DNA from: Clostridia bacterium
Lineage (GTDB): Bacteria; Bacillota; Clostridia; Christensenellales; DUVY01
Direction of reading: 5' to 3'
Assembly (NCBI GenBank): GCA_036562685.1
Contig: DATCJR010000092.1
Span: 1-51,572 of the forward strand
DNA length: 51,572 bases
Part shown: positions 20,048 to 28,907 of the stretch, one piece after another
Layout: each line of letters starts with the position of its first letter
How positions within the stretch are numbered: position 1 is the stretch's first letter
Notes under the pieces: model-generated
What the model saw: the letters and a program-made list of their open reading frames with translations, nothing else
What the model was told of the DNA's origin: nothing
Database searches by the model: none
Program-made: the position numbers and the translations under genes

Positions 20048-20777
20048 CGTCTTCTCCGTTGTCTGCGTGTTTGTGATGATACTTTAGTTCTAATTCCAGC
20101 TGTTCTTTGGTTAGTTCTAAAAAATTACCTTTGCCTAGACACAAAATGCGCGAACAGTATTTTGAGGCGCGTTCACTATCATGCGTTACCATAAGCACTG
20201 TGATGTTTTGCTCTTTGCATTTTTGTTTTAAAATTTCATATATTTCAGATGAAGTGGCTCTGTCTATACCCGTAGTAGGCTCGTCCAATATAAGCAGGTC
20301 GCAATCGCCTGCCAATGCCTTTGCCAGCATTACACGCTGTTTTTGTCCGCCTGACAGGTTAGTGATAAGCCTGTTGGCATAGTTTTGCATGCCGACCAGT
20401 TCTAACGCCTGCATTGCTTTTTGCTTAGCGTTTTTTCCAAATTTCAAAAAACCGTATTTGCTGTATAGCCCAAGTTTTACGATTTCCAACACAGTCGCAG
20501 GAAAGTTATTGCCAAGCGATATGCTGTTTTGGGCAACATAGCCTATGCGTTTGAAGTCTTTGAACTTTTTTATGTCTTGTCCAAAAAGATATATTTCACC
20601 CGAATCGCTTTTGAGTTCGTCAAGCAGCAGCTTGACAAAGGTACTTTTGCCAGAACCGTTGGAGCCTATAACCCCCACAAATTCTCCGCGATTGGCGTAA
20701 AAGTCTAAGTTTTTTAGCACTCTTTGAGTGCCGTAAGAAAAATTCAAATTATTAACTTGTATTACTGTTTGTTCCAT
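20034..20777 (-). CDS. znuC: Metal ABC transporter ATP-binding protein.
   Basis: Walker A GSNGSGKST, signature LSGGQKQR, Walker B LLILDEP. Confidence 0.88.
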   Translation of the reverse strand: MEQTVIQVNNLNFSYGTQRVLKNLDFYANRGEFVGVIGSNGSGKSTFVKLLLDELKSDSGEIYLFGQDIKKFKDFKRIGYVAQNSISLGNNFPATVLEIVKLGLYSKYGFLKFGKNAKQKAMQALELVGMQNYANRLITNLSGGQKQRVMLAKALAGDCDLLILDEPTTGIDRATSSEIYEILKQKCKEQNITVLMVTHDSERASKYCSRILCLGKGNFLELTKEQLELELKYHHKHADNGEDDGNI

Positions 20778-20778
20778 T

Positions 20779-21708
20779 TTAAATTCCGTTTTGTAAAGTT
20801 AATGCGTTTTTTATTGCAAACAGATTGGCGCGCATTACAGAAAAATAATCTGCGTTGTTTTTTATCTCGCTGCTTGTAAGGCTTTCCAATGGATTGAGAG
20901 GTACCAATTCCACTTTGACACCGTCTTCTTTATTAAGATTGCTAAAAAGTTCTTTTCCCGAGGCAGGCTCATAAAAAACAACTTTGATGTTTTTGGTTTT
21001 TATTTCTTGTATGATTTCTGCCAATTTTTTAGGGTTTGACGATTCTGAATGAAGTCCTAGCAGCGCAATCTGATTGAGATTGTATTCTTGACACAGATAC
21101 GAAAAAGCCTGATGAGAAACGATTATATCTCTTTTTTCAAAACCCTGTAACTGAGTTCTAAACTCATTGTCAAGGTTGTCGCATTCTTGGGCATATCTTT
21201 CATAATTGCTTTGATAAATTTGCGCGTTATCCGGATCAATTTCGACAAACGCATCTTTTATATTTGATAAGATTATTTTTGCATTTTTGGGCGACAGCCA
21301 AATATGCGGATCTGCTTTATTATGCTCTTCTTCGCCTTCGTGTTCGTCTTCATGCCCGCCGTCAATAATGCTGACGCCGTCTGATGCTTTTACCACTTTT
21401 AGATTAGGATTATTTAAAGAAGCGAGCACTTTATCCACCCAGTGCTCCATGCCAAGCCCGTTATAAATAAAAATATCGGCTTTGTTAAGATTGATAATAT
21501 CTTTAGTAGAGGGTTCATAGTCATGTGCATCTGCGCCTTGCGGCATGATGTTATACACCTTGATATCATCGCCAGCAATTTTTTGGGCAAAATCATACAT
21601 GGTATAAAAACTTGCATATACCTTAATTTTTCCGTCATCAGCTTTATCTTTACAGCCAAACATAAAAAACGGAACTATCAACAAACACACTAAAAACCAT
21701 CTTTTCAT
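20779..21708 (-). CDS. znuA: Metal ABC transporter substrate-binding lipoprotein (ZnuA/AdcA-like) with a His/Glu-rich loop.
   Basis: Lipobox FMFGC, cluster-9 SBP fold motifs, loop GGHEDEHEGEEEHNKADPH. ATG at 21708 (TTG at 21711 in the track). Confidence 0.85.
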   Translation of the reverse strand: MKRWFLVCLLIVPFFMFGCKDKADDGKIKVYASFYTMYDFAQKIAGDDIKVYNIMPQGADAHDYEPSTKDIINLNKADIFIYNGLGMEHWVDKVLASLNNPNLKVVKASDGVSIIDGGHEDEHEGEEEHNKADPHIWLSPKNAKIILSNIKDAFVEIDPDNAQIYQSNYERYAQECDNLDNEFRTQLQGFEKRDIIVSHQAFSYLCQEYNLNQIALLGLHSESSNPKKLAEIIQEIKTKNIKVVFYEPASGKELFSNLNKEDGVKVELVPLNPLESLTSSEIKNNADYFSVMRANLFAIKNALTLQNGI

Positions 21709-21741
21709 CAAAAATCATCAACCTTTTTATAAAACATTTGA

Positions 21742-21764
21742 TTGCAAATGAGTTGCATTTGCAA
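21742..21764. promoter_or_regulatory. Perfect 9-5-9 palindrome upstream of znuA; candidate Zur operator.
   Basis: TTGCAAATG-AGTTG-CATTTGCAA, located 34 nt upstream of the znuA start. Confidence 0.4.
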
Positions 21765-22039
21765 GTATTAAATTTAATGTATAACCAAATTTATGTCAAG
21801 CAGTTTTTTGCAAGAAAAACACAAAAAAATTTTATAAAATAATTATACTCCAATATTAAACACTCTATGCAGTTACAAAATTTTAAGAATAATTATGAAC
21901 AAGTTTTTTAGATTATGCATACTATAAAATAAGCAAAGGTAATTACTCTTAGCATCTATCTCCTCCAAATCATTAGATTGTAGGCGGATAAAATCTATCC
22001 GCCTGCAAATTTGTAGAAAAGATTTTAAAAATCTATTGC

Positions 22040-24220
22040 TTATATAGTCAATCCAAATTCCAAAGCCAAGAATTCTAGTTTATGATAATATTGAGAAAAC
22101 CAAAAAATATGATCGTTTTTAAAATGCCATTTTGAACTGAAATCCATTTTGTTATATAGTTCTATCAGCTCTTTTACTTTGTCTATATCCGGAGTTTCAA
22201 GTAATTCTATTTTATTTTTTAGCTGCTCCATATAGCCTTTTTGAGTGCTGAAATACTCATAAGCTGTTTTATATATATTTTTTGAGGTTTTCGGCAGCAT
22301 ATTAGCTTGTGTTTTACTAAGAGAGTTATAGGCTTGTATCATTTCGGTCATTTTTATATAATTGTCCATTCCATAATACACCGCATAATCTGACGGTCCT
22401 GCATATCCTATTTCGATAATCTTTTTCACAGCAAAAATTACTTTATTGTCAATTTTAGAAAGATATCTATACAGCTTTTGGATTTTTTCTTCGCCTATTA
22501 TTTTGGTTATCTGTACTTCGTCTAGGGCAAGATATTTTTCATATACGTTTAAAATCTGTTTTTTTGTGCTTCTGTCATTAAGAGAATCTATCGCTATGAT
22601 TACATTTTGGGCTTGTAGTATCAGTCCGAAAGCCTGATTATAATACGATGAAATTCTTGTAAGATATACTTCGGACAAATTTTGCTGCTGGTCTTCGTTA
22701 AGTCTGTTGGCATATATATCCCATGCTTCAAAAACCTTGTCAGCTTGGTCTATTACATATTCTTTATCCACATGTAAAAACAGCTCTAAAGTTTTTGCGA
22801 TCGCTACGACTTTTTCAATCCCATCAAATAGTTCGCAGTAAGCGTCTTTAGCTTGGTTTAGTCTGGTGTCGTCTATCAATTTTTTTTGACCATCGGTAAG
22901 TTTATAAAACTCTTTTTGCGCGGTAAAAATGGCGTCTTCGTCCAAGGCGGTTATTTCGTCTGCGGGTTTAAGTCTGTCAATCATATTTTGAACAGCATTA
23001 ATGCGTTTTGAATAAGCTGGGCTTAATCCATCAAAAACATAGCTGAAATTATATATATCAGTTTCGTGGATGCTATCATCTTTGCTTACCACAGCAGTAT
23101 TATATATTAAGATATTGGAGTTATTGCTATCAAAATAAAATTCTTGAATATTTTGGGCGTTATATTCAATCTGATAGCCTTTGTCTTGAACGATTTTAAG
23201 ATTTTGCATTTTTGCGCCGTTCATATAGTCCGGCACATTGCCTAATGCCTGTATATCAAGTCCTGCAAAAAAACTCATTAAATTATCTTTAGTATCGTCT
23301 AGGCCCAAATCAAACTCATATTTCCTGCCTGAAGAAAAGTTTAAAAACATACTAGCTCCAAACTGCTGACTAGAGTCTAATTTAAAATCATTTTTTGATT
23401 TTATAGTCATAACCACATCTTCATCAGGAATAAAACATCTTTTTTCTTGATTCCAGTGAGAAGTCAATACGCATTTTTCAAAATCAAGATAATCGTCTAA
23501 AGCCAAATACCAATTTCCTGTTAAAGTATCGCAAACTATTCCAAAAAAGCTGCCAAATGCATAAAAGCCTATTTTGGCATAAACCGGCTGGTCCAGATTT
23601 TGTGACGGATAAAGCTGCATGGCAGATAGTTCAATGTTATACGATAATGCAGATATATTAGGCAAAGGCAGCGAAATCAAAAAAGCGTCAATAGATGGAT
23701 CAATTATACTAATTAATCTAGACTTTTGGTCTTGGGAATTTGGTCCTATTATTTGGGAACTTTGCAAAACATAATTAGGACTTTTGCCAAAAACTGCTGT
23801 GATATTGTCGGCACCCGCCAAATCATCAATAAAACAAAATTCTTGAGCCTCTACAGAATCAAGACTTACCGCGTTTTGATAATAAAAGATTCTGTCAGCA
23901 TACTGGCTGTATTGATACAGCTTTTTGTCGCTGTCATGTCCCCTTGCCTTAGTGATATAGGCATTTTCCCGCGGGTTTTGGGATAAATAATCAATGGCTG
24001 TGTAAAGACTGTTAAAACTTTCAATTAATGTTCCATCTTGCTCATAAGCATTATAGCAAACAGGTCTGGAGTCATTAACTCTCACTTTAGAATTATTAGG
24101 AACTAAAAAAGATTGAATTACGGTGTTGGTGTTTTGGTCGTTTATTAATAGATTATCTTTGCACACATTAGTGCAAAAACAAGGCAAAATCAATAAAAAA
24201 AACAATAACAGCTTTCTCAC
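22040..24220 (-). CDS. Orphan secreted or lipid-anchored protein, 726 aa, with no recognisable family.
   Basis: GTG start with RBS GGAG. Signal-like N-terminus MRKLLLFFLLILPCFCTNVC. The N-terminal half looks beta-rich and the C-terminal half is helical and repetitive. Flanked by its own terminators. Confidence 0.7.
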   Translation of the reverse strand: MRKLLLFFLLILPCFCTNVCKDNLLINDQNTNTVIQSFLVPNNSKVRVNDSRPVCYNAYEQDGTLIESFNSLYTAIDYLSQNPRENAYITKARGHDSDKKLYQYSQYADRIFYYQNAVSLDSVEAQEFCFIDDLAGADNITAVFGKSPNYVLQSSQIIGPNSQDQKSRLISIIDPSIDAFLISLPLPNISALSYNIELSAMQLYPSQNLDQPVYAKIGFYAFGSFFGIVCDTLTGNWYLALDDYLDFEKCVLTSHWNQEKRCFIPDEDVVMTIKSKNDFKLDSSQQFGASMFLNFSSGRKYEFDLGLDDTKDNLMSFFAGLDIQALGNVPDYMNGAKMQNLKIVQDKGYQIEYNAQNIQEFYFDSNNSNILIYNTAVVSKDDSIHETDIYNFSYVFDGLSPAYSKRINAVQNMIDRLKPADEITALDEDAIFTAQKEFYKLTDGQKKLIDDTRLNQAKDAYCELFDGIEKVVAIAKTLELFLHVDKEYVIDQADKVFEAWDIYANRLNEDQQQNLSEVYLTRISSYYNQAFGLILQAQNVIIAIDSLNDRSTKKQILNVYEKYLALDEVQITKIIGEEKIQKLYRYLSKIDNKVIFAVKKIIEIGYAGPSDYAVYYGMDNYIKMTEMIQAYNSLSKTQANMLPKTSKNIYKTAYEYFSTQKGYMEQLKNKIELLETPDIDKVKELIELYNKMDFSSKWHFKNDHIFWFSQYYHKLEFLALEFGLTI

Positions 24221-24270
24221 CGTTTCTCCAAAAAAAACATATTTAATATATATTAATTTGGCATTAAAAC

Positions 24271-24322
24271 AAAAAAAATATAAGGTGTAATTATTGTCAT
24301 ATATAATTACACCTTATTTTTT
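24271..24322. terminator. Bidirectional rho-independent terminator ending the amino-sugar operon.
   Basis: Perfect 15-bp stem ATAAGGTGTAATTAT / ATAATTACACCTTAT with an 8-nt loop, A-run before and T-run after. Confidence 0.7.
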
Positions 24323-24337
24323 ATGTTGTTATTTTAC

Positions 24338-25459
24338 TTATGCTTTTTTGATTATGTTAGAAATGGCAAGATTTTGTGCCAATAAAAATGCGCCGTTTAT
24401 CGTGCAGTTTTCATCCTTGCTGTATAAAACCTGTGTTTTTAGATATTGGTTTTGAGACAGTTCTTGTCTTATAATTTCCAAGAAGCCCTCTCCCAGACTT
24501 CGTATGCTACCGTTAATCAAAACTATTTGGGTGTCCAAAATCAAAAGCAAATCAATTATAGCTTTGGAAACTCTTTTGGCAAAATTATTCACGACTTTTA
24601 CGATTTGCTCTTCTCCTGTCTTAAAGCCTTGCGAAATCTGATTGAGCGATAATTTATGTCCAGCTTCTTCAAACAGTTTTATCAAAGCTCTTACGGAGAT
24701 CAGATTATCCAAAATATCGCCTGTCAAGTTGTCTTTTATAAGCCCGATTTCGCCTGCAAAGCCCCGGTTTCCTTCATACACATTGCCGCCCCACGCAAAA
24801 GCGCAGCCTGCGCCTTTATCCAAATACAGCATTACCACCGAATCGGGTTTTTGAGCTTGAGCGTTTTGGTACTCGCTTACCAAAGCCAAACATACGTCGT
24901 TTTTTACAGCTACGGGAGCATTGAGATTGTCCTCAAACATCTTTTTGAGATTTATCTTGGAAGCGTCTTTGTACCTTAGCGCGTAAATAAATGATCCGTC
25001 TGTATTAATTCTGCCTGACGTTATAACGATAACTGATAACAGATTTTTTATTTTTTTCTCTTTTAAAAAGTCTTTTATAAGTTTTATGCAGTTGTTAAGA
25101 TGTTCTATATCATAAACCAAAACGGTGGGCAAGGTAAGCTCATGCTGCATTTTGCCTGCAAAATCAAAGACCTTCAAAAAGAATTTCTCCATGTCGATTA
25201 TGGCAATATGCCCCAATTTCGCGTTGATTTCTAATCTGATAGGTCTTCGTCCGATTTCATTTTTTTCGGGCGGCTGACTTTCTATTATCAATTTAAAGTC
25301 TTTTAGTTCGCGCGTTATTTTTGCCAAAGCAGTATTTGATAGATGTAAAATATCCGCCATCTCTTTACAAGACAGCGGTTTTTCTTTCAAGAGCTCCAAT
25401 ACAAGCTGCTGATTGATTTCTCTTATATGGCTCTGATTCTTTCCATGATTTTTATGCAT
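24338..25459 (-). CDS. ROK-family transcriptional repressor (NagC/XylR-like).
   Basis: N-terminal winged HTH (IREINQQLVLELLKEKPLSCKEMADILHLSNTALAKITREL) followed by a ROK sugar-binding domain. Confidence 0.85.
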   Translation of the reverse strand: MHKNHGKNQSHIREINQQLVLELLKEKPLSCKEMADILHLSNTALAKITRELKDFKLIIESQPPEKNEIGRRPIRLEINAKLGHIAIIDMEKFFLKVFDFAGKMQHELTLPTVLVYDIEHLNNCIKLIKDFLKEKKIKNLLSVIVITSGRINTDGSFIYALRYKDASKINLKKMFEDNLNAPVAVKNDVCLALVSEYQNAQAQKPDSVVMLYLDKGAGCAFAWGGNVYEGNRGFAGEIGLIKDNLTGDILDNLISVRALIKLFEEAGHKLSLNQISQGFKTGEEQIVKVVNNFAKRVSKAIIDLLLILDTQIVLINGSIRSLGEGFLEIIRQELSQNQYLKTQVLYSKDENCTINGAFLLAQNLAISNIIKKA

Positions 25460-25460
25460 C

Positions 25461-26810
25461 TTATAAAAATGCGGCTGTTATAGAACTTCCTATTCTTCTC
25501 AAACTTCCGTCTGGAATATATACCGTGAGTTTTAGATCGTCAAATACTTTTTCTAATACCTCTCGGCATCTATTGACGATAACTTCTCCACGTTCGCCGC
25601 TTGTTACCCCACCTGAAATAATTACGGTATCTATATCGTAGAATTCCGAATATGTCTTTAGGGCACAGGCAAGATAAACGCCTATATCCTTAAGTATATT
25701 ATAAACCCTTGAGTCTTTTGCGTCCAGTAACTCTTGAAGATAAGTCAGTTTGTCTGTAGGTGTTTTGAAGCTAGACAAATCCATACCGGACATTTCGGCA
25801 AGTTTAATCATACCGTCCTGAGAAAGGTATTTTACGCCACAACCAATATCTCCGCTCCACTCGTCTATCGCTGCATCAGCATTGAGGTCAATAGGCACAA
25901 ACGCAAGCTCATTTAGCCAGCCGGCAAGTCCAAAATTTTGGTCTATATATCCGCCTGCTTCGCTTGTTCCCATACTGATCGCCAAGATTTTTCCGCGGTT
26001 TAGGTATCTTGCGCCTGTAAGCGCTGCAACATCGCCATCGTTAGCGACCTTGAGTCTGGGAATGTCCAACTCTTTGCACAAATCAATCAAAATATTTTTT
26101 ATATGTTTTGAAAAGTTTTCATCATCCACGCTTATAAATATTGAAGCAACTCTGACCTGGTTGTCGATATATACGCCTGCTGCGCTTACGCCCAAAGAAT
26201 CTACATTTTTTAGTGCCTGCATTTCTGTCATTATTACTTTTTTCAAAAAATCATAATGATATTTTGGATCAGAATTGACTTTGGGCTGCCAAGGCGTTTC
26301 GTGATTAGAGACAAGTTTGCCGTCAACTATTGCAGAACTCTTCAAAAAGCTGCCGCCAATGTCAAGTCCTATGCGGCTGCCTTTTTGGGTATTTTGCATG
26401 GATGTAGCCACTTCCAAAGTATCAGGCACATTATTATAATCAGTAATGATTATTTCAAACGGCTCTAGATAAATTTTGGACATAAAGAAAAAGTCAAAGC
26501 TTCGTTTTCCGTTAGGACTATATATTTCTTTAAGTTTTTGACAAAGCTCATTATCTCCGCCTAAGATCACTTTGTATCCGCCAAAAACCCATAGCAAGCA
26601 TTTTAATATGCGTTCGGTTATCAAAAGATTGCGGTCAAAGTTTTCTTTGCCCTTTAGAATTTCCAGTCTATAAGTATGTCTATATCCGCCGTTTCGCTCG
26701 ATGCAAATAGCAAAAGGCTCACCGCCCTGCTTTTTTACATCATTTTTAAATTCTTCATAAACCAAACAAAACGGTTTGAAGTTTTTATCTATTAAAGTCA
26801 AATTGTTCAT
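25461..26810 (-). CDS. ROK-family sugar kinase (polyphosphate/ATP-glucokinase-like subgroup) with an uncharacterised N-terminal extension of about 140 aa.
   Basis: GLDIGGSFLKS, ANDGDVAALTGA and MGTSEAGGYID motifs resemble PPGK-type ROK kinases. There is no CxCGxxGC zinc motif. Confidence 0.7.
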   Translation of the reverse strand: MNNLTLIDKNFKPFCLVYEEFKNDVKKQGGEPFAICIERNGGYRHTYRLEILKGKENFDRNLLITERILKCLLWVFGGYKVILGGDNELCQKLKEIYSPNGKRSFDFFFMSKIYLEPFEIIITDYNNVPDTLEVATSMQNTQKGSRIGLDIGGSFLKSSAIVDGKLVSNHETPWQPKVNSDPKYHYDFLKKVIMTEMQALKNVDSLGVSAAGVYIDNQVRVASIFISVDDENFSKHIKNILIDLCKELDIPRLKVANDGDVAALTGARYLNRGKILAISMGTSEAGGYIDQNFGLAGWLNELAFVPIDLNADAAIDEWSGDIGCGVKYLSQDGMIKLAEMSGMDLSSFKTPTDKLTYLQELLDAKDSRVYNILKDIGVYLACALKTYSEFYDIDTVIISGGVTSGERGEVIVNRCREVLEKVFDDLKLTVYIPDGSLRRIGSSITAAFL

Positions 26811-26820
26811 AAATTCAGTC

Positions 26821-27648
26821 CTAAATAATCTTTTTTAATGAGCTTATTACATTGTTTTTAAAATCATCAATAAAGCCTGCAATATATTCGGTGATATCCA
26901 TATTGTCGTCTTCAATCAATGGTGTAAGGTCAAGAGCAAAATTTAGTTTGCTAAAAGAGTCAACGCTGTGGCTTTCAAAAAATGTAGCGTTGGCAAGTCT
27001 TCTGCCTTCTGCTGCTAAGTCATATCTCTTGCCGCCTGCTATCTGTGAATCAAATACTCCAAGCAAGGCTCTTTCTAGATTGGGATGAGAATCGCAGCCC
27101 AGCAAAACCTTTTTGCTGTCATCTAGCCAGTCTAGATCTCTCCAGACTTCTACACCGTACAGCTTTTGAGGTCTTATGCTCTTATCTAGACTTCTTATAG
27201 CTTTTATAACCTTGGTAACAACTCCCAAATGCGTAAGATGCTTATCGGCAAGGTTGTGAGTATAAACGATTTTAGGACGGGATTGGGTCAAAATTCTTAC
27301 ATAATCGTTGACAATATCGGTGTTGTTGGGATCTTTTATAGCTTTGCTGGTATATTTCAAAAGATGAAGCTCAAGGTATTGTCCTACATCGGCAGCTTGC
27401 TTTTGTTCTTTCATACGTACCTGAACCATCTGTTCATCCGTATAATCTTTGTAAAATCCTGTTCTTGCGCTGCCTGCTCCGTCAGCGGTTACGACCGCCG
27501 AAAATGCTTCGTTTGGATTATTGTAGCAATCCAAAATTGCGCTATAAGCCAAAAGCTCGACATCGTCCTGATGCGCTGCTATGCACAATCTGATATTGTC
27601 AGCCTTTTCGCGCTTGTTAGGTCTATATATTTCCTGCTCTCTATTCAT
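26821..27648 (-). CDS. PIG-L/LmbE family N-acetyl-sugar deacetylase.
   Basis: LCIAAHQDDVELL motif (AHPDDE-like); RBS AAGGAG. Confidence 0.8.
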   Translation of the reverse strand: MNREQEIYRPNKREKADNIRLCIAAHQDDVELLAYSAILDCYNNPNEAFSAVVTADGAGSARTGFYKDYTDEQMVQVRMKEQKQAADVGQYLELHLLKYTSKAIKDPNNTDIVNDYVRILTQSRPKIVYTHNLADKHLTHLGVVTKVIKAIRSLDKSIRPQKLYGVEVWRDLDWLDDSKKVLLGCDSHPNLERALLGVFDSQIAGGKRYDLAAEGRRLANATFFESHSVDSFSKLNFALDLTPLIEDDNMDITEYIAGFIDDFKNNVISSLKKII

Positions 27649-27664
27649 TTTGATTACTCCTTAT

Positions 27665-28702
27665 TTATTTTGTAATCGTAACTTTCTTAAGTCCTCTAGG
27701 CGCGTCTGGATTAAGTCCGCGTGCAACGCTCATATAGCAAGCCCACAATTGAGAAGCTACTACATTATAAAAAGGCATTACATAGTCCGAACCCTCTACC
27801 GGCAAAAGCATTGTGTCTGTAGCACCTTGCGCGATAGTTTGGTCATTGGTCATTACAATAACCTTTGCATCTACGCCCAAAAGCTTATCTTTCATCTCAA
27901 CCATATCGTTTTGGCTCAGACCTTTGGGTGCAATTAACATCACTGTGGATTTGTCGTCAACAATAGCAAAAGGTCCATGATGAAAATCGCTGGCGGCATA
28001 AGCACGCGCGTTAATATATGTGGTTTCCTGAATCTTTAGTGCTGTTTCTTGAGCAATGGCATAGTTTGTGCCTCTAGCCAGCACTATTAATGAACTCATA
28101 TTCTTATACTTTTCGCTCAAAACTGCAATATTTTCTTTGAGCGCAAAGATTTTATTTAAGTTTTCAGGAACAGATTCTAATTCTGCTTTTACTTCTTCGT
28201 TTTCTGCATAATACGCTGCTAAATTAGCCAGCAAATACATCTGTGAAGTGAATGTCTTGGTTGCAGCTACGCTGCGCTCTTTGTCTGCGTTGCAATAAAG
28301 ATGAAAATCAGCAAGCTTAGCCATTTTGGATTCTAGGTTGTTGGTTATGCATACGGTAACAGCGCCTGATTCTTTAGCGTTGTTGATAACCGCCATAACG
28401 TCTTCAGCCGCACCGCTTTGAGATACGCCAATAACAAGGCTGTGTTTTAATGAAAGCTTGGTGTTATACAATGTGTTGATGCTAGGCGCTGCCAAAGCAA
28501 CAGGCAGACCAGCCAGACTTTCAAAAACATATTTAAAATAATTGGAAGCGTTGTCGCTGCTGCCTCTTGCTGCAACAACAACATTTTCTATGTTTTTTTC
28601 TTTTAGTGTTTTTACAAGGTCATTTAGAGTTTGTTTATTATAGTTCAAACAGTTTTTTAGAACATCGCTTTGTTGAAAAATTTCACTTTCCATTATTGTC
28701 AT
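27665..28702 (-). CDS. Double-SIS-domain sugar-phosphate isomerase/deaminase (GlmS isomerase-domain-like; NagB-II/GlmD/AgaS type).
   Basis: VVAARGSSDNA, VIGVSQSGAAEDV and the C-terminal DAPRGLKKVTITK resemble the GlmS C-terminal half. No glutaminase domain is present. Confidence 0.85.
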   Translation of the reverse strand: MTIMESEIFQQSDVLKNCLNYNKQTLNDLVKTLKEKNIENVVVAARGSSDNASNYFKYVFESLAGLPVALAAPSINTLYNTKLSLKHSLVIGVSQSGAAEDVMAVINNAKESGAVTVCITNNLESKMAKLADFHLYCNADKERSVAATKTFTSQMYLLANLAAYYAENEEVKAELESVPENLNKIFALKENIAVLSEKYKNMSSLIVLARGTNYAIAQETALKIQETTYINARAYAASDFHHGPFAIVDDKSTVMLIAPKGLSQNDMVEMKDKLLGVDAKVIVMTNDQTIAQGATDTMLLPVEGSDYVMPFYNVVASQLWACYMSVARGLNPDAPRGLKKVTITK

Positions 28703-28845
28703 AATAATTCACCTATTTATTAAATTTAGTTTAATAATTATATCATTAAATATAATTATAGTCAAATATAGTTATTTGCATTTAGTAACAATATAACGGC
28801 ACATATTAAAATCAATCTTTTTTTCTACTATGACAATAAAGACAT

Positions 28846-28885
28846 TAAAAAATGGCTTTTTGAAATTTCAAAAAAGCCATTTAAA
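28846..28885 (-). terminator. Rho-independent terminator after the GT2 gene.
   Basis: AATGGCTTTTTGAAA / TTTCAAAAAAGCCATT stem; T-run on the minus strand. Confidence 0.7.
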
Positions 28886-28907
28886 ATATCATTTTTAATT
28901 CTAGTTT

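Noticed and set aside
28734-28759. Perfect inverted repeat ATAATTATAT-N6-ATATAATTAT upstream of the SIS gene, considered as a possible ROK-repressor operator.
   Set aside because: It is composed only of A/T in a region that is almost pure A/T, so such palindromes arise easily by chance. Kept only as a note.
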